Shown here piece after piece: positions 62,161 through 64,000 of a stretch of DNA of 64,000 nucleotides. Position 1 is the stretch's first letter; each line of letters opens with the position of its first letter. The translations under genes were made by a program, and so were the position numbers. Location: contig JBAUPV010000030.1 in the NCBI GenBank assembly GCA_049580385.1, positions 769,974-833,973 on the forward strand, given 5' to 3'. Under the pieces are notes generated by a model that did no database searches, was not told where the DNA came from, and worked only from the letters and a program-made list of their open reading frames with translations. This stretch comes from Desulfobaccales bacterium (GTDB lineage: Bacteria; Desulfobacterota; Desulfobaccia; Desulfobaccales; 0-14-0-80-60-11).

Positions 62161-62376
62161 GTATAATATCCCGTTTTTCAAAGGGGGACTTAGGGGGACT
62201 TCACATGCCAAATCGAGCCTTCCAGTCCTGATTTTATGTCAAGCTCATTATAAAACACTCCACTGGCAGACAATAATTTTCAGTGGGAGGCGCACCCAAA
62301 TTCATCCTGACCGGAACCGGACTCCCAAAACCCTCTTCGTTGACATTTCCGGGGATTCTGGTAATTTTGGCCCCAC

Positions 62377-64000
62377 ATGGAACCCGGCAGCATTGTGGAA
62401 TTTTTCGAAGAAAAGCGCATCCTTTGCGGCGTGGTCTTGGAGCTCAAAGGGGAGCGCTTGCATGTCCTGAGCCAAACCGGCCGGGAACTAACGCTCCCCC
62501 CCAAGCGTCTCTTGCACGCCGGGCCCTCTCTACCCCTGAACCGATTAATCCGCCAGGATTTGCTGAAGCGTCTGGAGGAGGCCGCCTCCCGGCGGGAAGC
62601 CCTGAAGGCCGCCATCAATCTGGAGGAGCTTTGGGAACTGCTGGCCCCGGAGGAACATCCCGCCACCGTGGCGGAGTTGGCAGAACTGTGGTTCGGCCGC
62701 ACCACTGCGGATGAAGTGGCGGCCACCGGCAGAAGGCTGCGGGAAGATCGGCTCCTCTTCAAGCTCAGGGACGAGCAGGTCGAGGCCAACCCGCCGGAGC
62801 TGGTAGCCCAACTTCGCCAGCAGCAGGAGCGGGAAGCGGCCCGGCGACAAGAACTGGCGGAGGTGGGCGCCTGGCTGCAGGAGGTCTGGGAGGGGCGGGA
62901 GCTTTCCAGGCACTATCCCTGGCGGGAATCGGTGGTGGCGGTGCTGCGGCGGATGGCGGTCAGCGGAGCTGAGGCCCCGGATTATGACCAGGGTAAGGTT
63001 TATCTGGACCAGGCCGGCCTGAGCGCCGCCGCGGCCCCTTTCCGGCTGTTGGTGCGCCTGGGGATCTTTCATGAAGATGAAGACCTGGAATTGCACCGTC
63101 TGGAAACGCCGCTGGAGTTTTCCCCCGCGGCTCTGTCTCAGACCCGGCAACTGGCCAGTTCACCTCCTGCCCCGGACCCGTACGCCGCCTGGCGCCGGGA
63201 CCTGAGCAACCTGCCGCTGATCACCATCGACGGGGAGCACACCCGGGATTTCGATGACGCCCTCAGCCTGGAAGAGCTCCCGGAGGGCTGGCGTCTCGGT
63301 ATTCACATTTCCGACGTCTCGACCGTGGTCCAACCCGGGGCCCCCCTGGATCAGGAGGCCTGGGAACGGGGCACTTCCATCTATCTGCCGGAACGGCGCC
63401 TGCCCATGCTGCCGGAGGAGATTTCCGAAGATCTTTTAAGCCTCCTGGCAAGGCGCCAACGCCGGGCCTTGAGCTTCATGGTGACCCTGAGCCCGGAGGC
63501 GGAGGTCCTGGACTGGGCCATCGAGCCCACTATCATCGAGGTAAGCCGCAGGCTGACTTACCACGAGGCGGAGGCCCTGATTCAGCAGGAGCCAACCCTG
63601 GCGGTCCTCTCCCGGTTGACCCGGAGGCTCAAGGAGGAGCGCCTGGGCCGGGGCGGCTATGAGCTGCAACTGCCTGAGGTTTGGGTGATTTTTGGCCCCC
63701 AGGGTGAGTTGCAGGTGTCGGTGGAGGACCAGGAGACTGCCAGCCGCCAATTAGTAGCTGAGGCCATGGTGCTGGCCAATTCCCTGGCGGCCCGCTTTCT
63801 GGCCGACCGCGGCATCCCGGCGATCTATCGCAGTCAGCCGGAGCCCCGGGAACCTATTCAGCCCAAGGACCACAAGAGTCTGTTGGAATTATGGCGGGAC
63901 CGGCGCAATCTCAGCCGGGTGGTGATGGGCGTTACGCCCCAGCCCCATTGGGGTCTGGGGTTGAACTGCTATACCCTGGCTACTTCCCCTATCCGCCGCT
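62377..64000 (+). CDS. RNB-domain exoribonuclease (RNase II/R family), 5' part; continues beyond the right window edge
   Basis: Absent from the track because there is no stop before the window end. From ATG 62377: MEPGSIVEFFEEKRILCGVVLE... The RNB catalytic motif is ITIDGEHTRDFDDALS. Confidence 0.85.
   Translation, partial: MEPGSIVEFFEEKRILCGVVLELKGERLHVLSQTGRELTLPPKRLLHAGPSLPLNRLIRQDLLKRLEEAASRREALKAAINLEELWELLAPEEHPATVAELAELWFGRTTADEVAATGRRLREDRLLFKLRDEQVEANPPELVAQLRQQQEREAARRQELAEVGAWLQEVWEGRELSRHYPWRESVVAVLRRMAVSGAEAPDYDQGKVYLDQAGLSAAAAPFRLLVRLGIFHEDEDLELHRLETPLEFSPAALSQTRQLASSPPAPDPYAAWRRDLSNLPLITIDGEHTRDFDDALSLEELPEGWRLGIHISDVSTVVQPGAPLDQEAWERGTSIYLPERRLPMLPEEISEDLLSLLARRQRRALSFMVTLSPEAEVLDWAIEPTIIEVSRRLTYHEAEALIQQEPTLAVLSRLTRRLKEERLGRGGYELQLPEVWVIFGPQGELQVSVEDQETASRQLVAEAMVLANSLAARFLADRGIPAIYRSQPEPREPIQPKDHKSLLELWRDRRNLSRVVMGVTPQPHWGLGLNCYTLATSPIRR

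Larger units (their letters stand above)
57160..62173 (-). mobile_element. IS1595-family transposon with passenger genes (5,014 bp)
   Basis: The terminal inverted repeats are GGCGATATTATACTTGACAGACCTG (57160-57184) and CGGGATATTATACTTGACAGACCTG (reverse complement of 62149-62173), 23/25 identical. An identical 8-bp direct repeat TTTTTCAA flanks both ends (57152-57159, 62174-62181). The interior is visibly AT-richer than the flanks. Confidence 0.8.

Noticed and set aside
62280-63750. Track ORFs 62280..62789 (-), 62283..62714 (+), 62545..63150 (-) and 63436..63750 (-)
   Set aside because: All are shadows of the plus-strand RNase II/R frame, which carries the RNB catalytic motif and stays open to the window end.

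Overview
This 64-kb window is high in G+C and almost fully coding. It looks like chromosome from a sulfate/sulfite-reducing, Desulfobacterota-type bacterium; that taxonomic call is inference from dsrABDN, the many sigma-54 activators and the gene content. I can support 65 protein genes. I found no rRNA, tRNA or CRISPR array by eye.

Main blocks, left to right:
(i) A complex-II-like flavoprotein operon. Its Fe-S subunit is fused to a Rieske domain and is followed by cytochrome b, which runs off the left edge.
(ii) A sigma-54-controlled module with a split UxaA/SuyAB-like lyase, an Ldh_2 dehydrogenase, an aldolase-like protein and an MFS transporter.
(iii) A 13.5-kb, 19-gene gas-vesicle locus: gvpA, a gvpC-like repeat protein, gvpN, three gvpF/L, gvpG, gvpK, gvpJ and an S/M-like paralogue. 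It has regulators resembling Serratia gvrA/gvrB/gvrC. It also has unusual passengers: two six-fold CxxCxGxG zinc-finger proteins, a zinc ribbon, a Cdc48-type AAA+ ATPase and an Hsp20.
(iv) A biotin carboxylase next to a carboxyltransferase that has no biotin-carrier domain.
(v) A B12-radical-SAM plus type III PKS pair.
(vi) Housekeeping genes (hisIG, nrdJ, argJ, secA, lepB, an M24 aminopeptidase) and a HicAB pair.
(vii) dsrABDN.
(viii) A 5,014-bp AT-richer IS1595-family transposon with an 8-bp target duplication. It carries a BcgI-like type IIB R-M system and a DUF3800 gene.
(ix) An RNase II/R gene running off the right edge.

Intergenic DNA holds several families of palindromic repeats built with tandem heptanucleotide arrays.

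Limits: all product calls rest on motif recognition by eye, because no database search was possible. Many long ORFs in the track are antisense or alternative-frame shadows of real genes and were rejected. Several N-termini were trimmed to SD-preceded start codons. Three genes missing from the track were added (cytochrome b, rubredoxin, RNase II/R), plus a 49-codon ORF.
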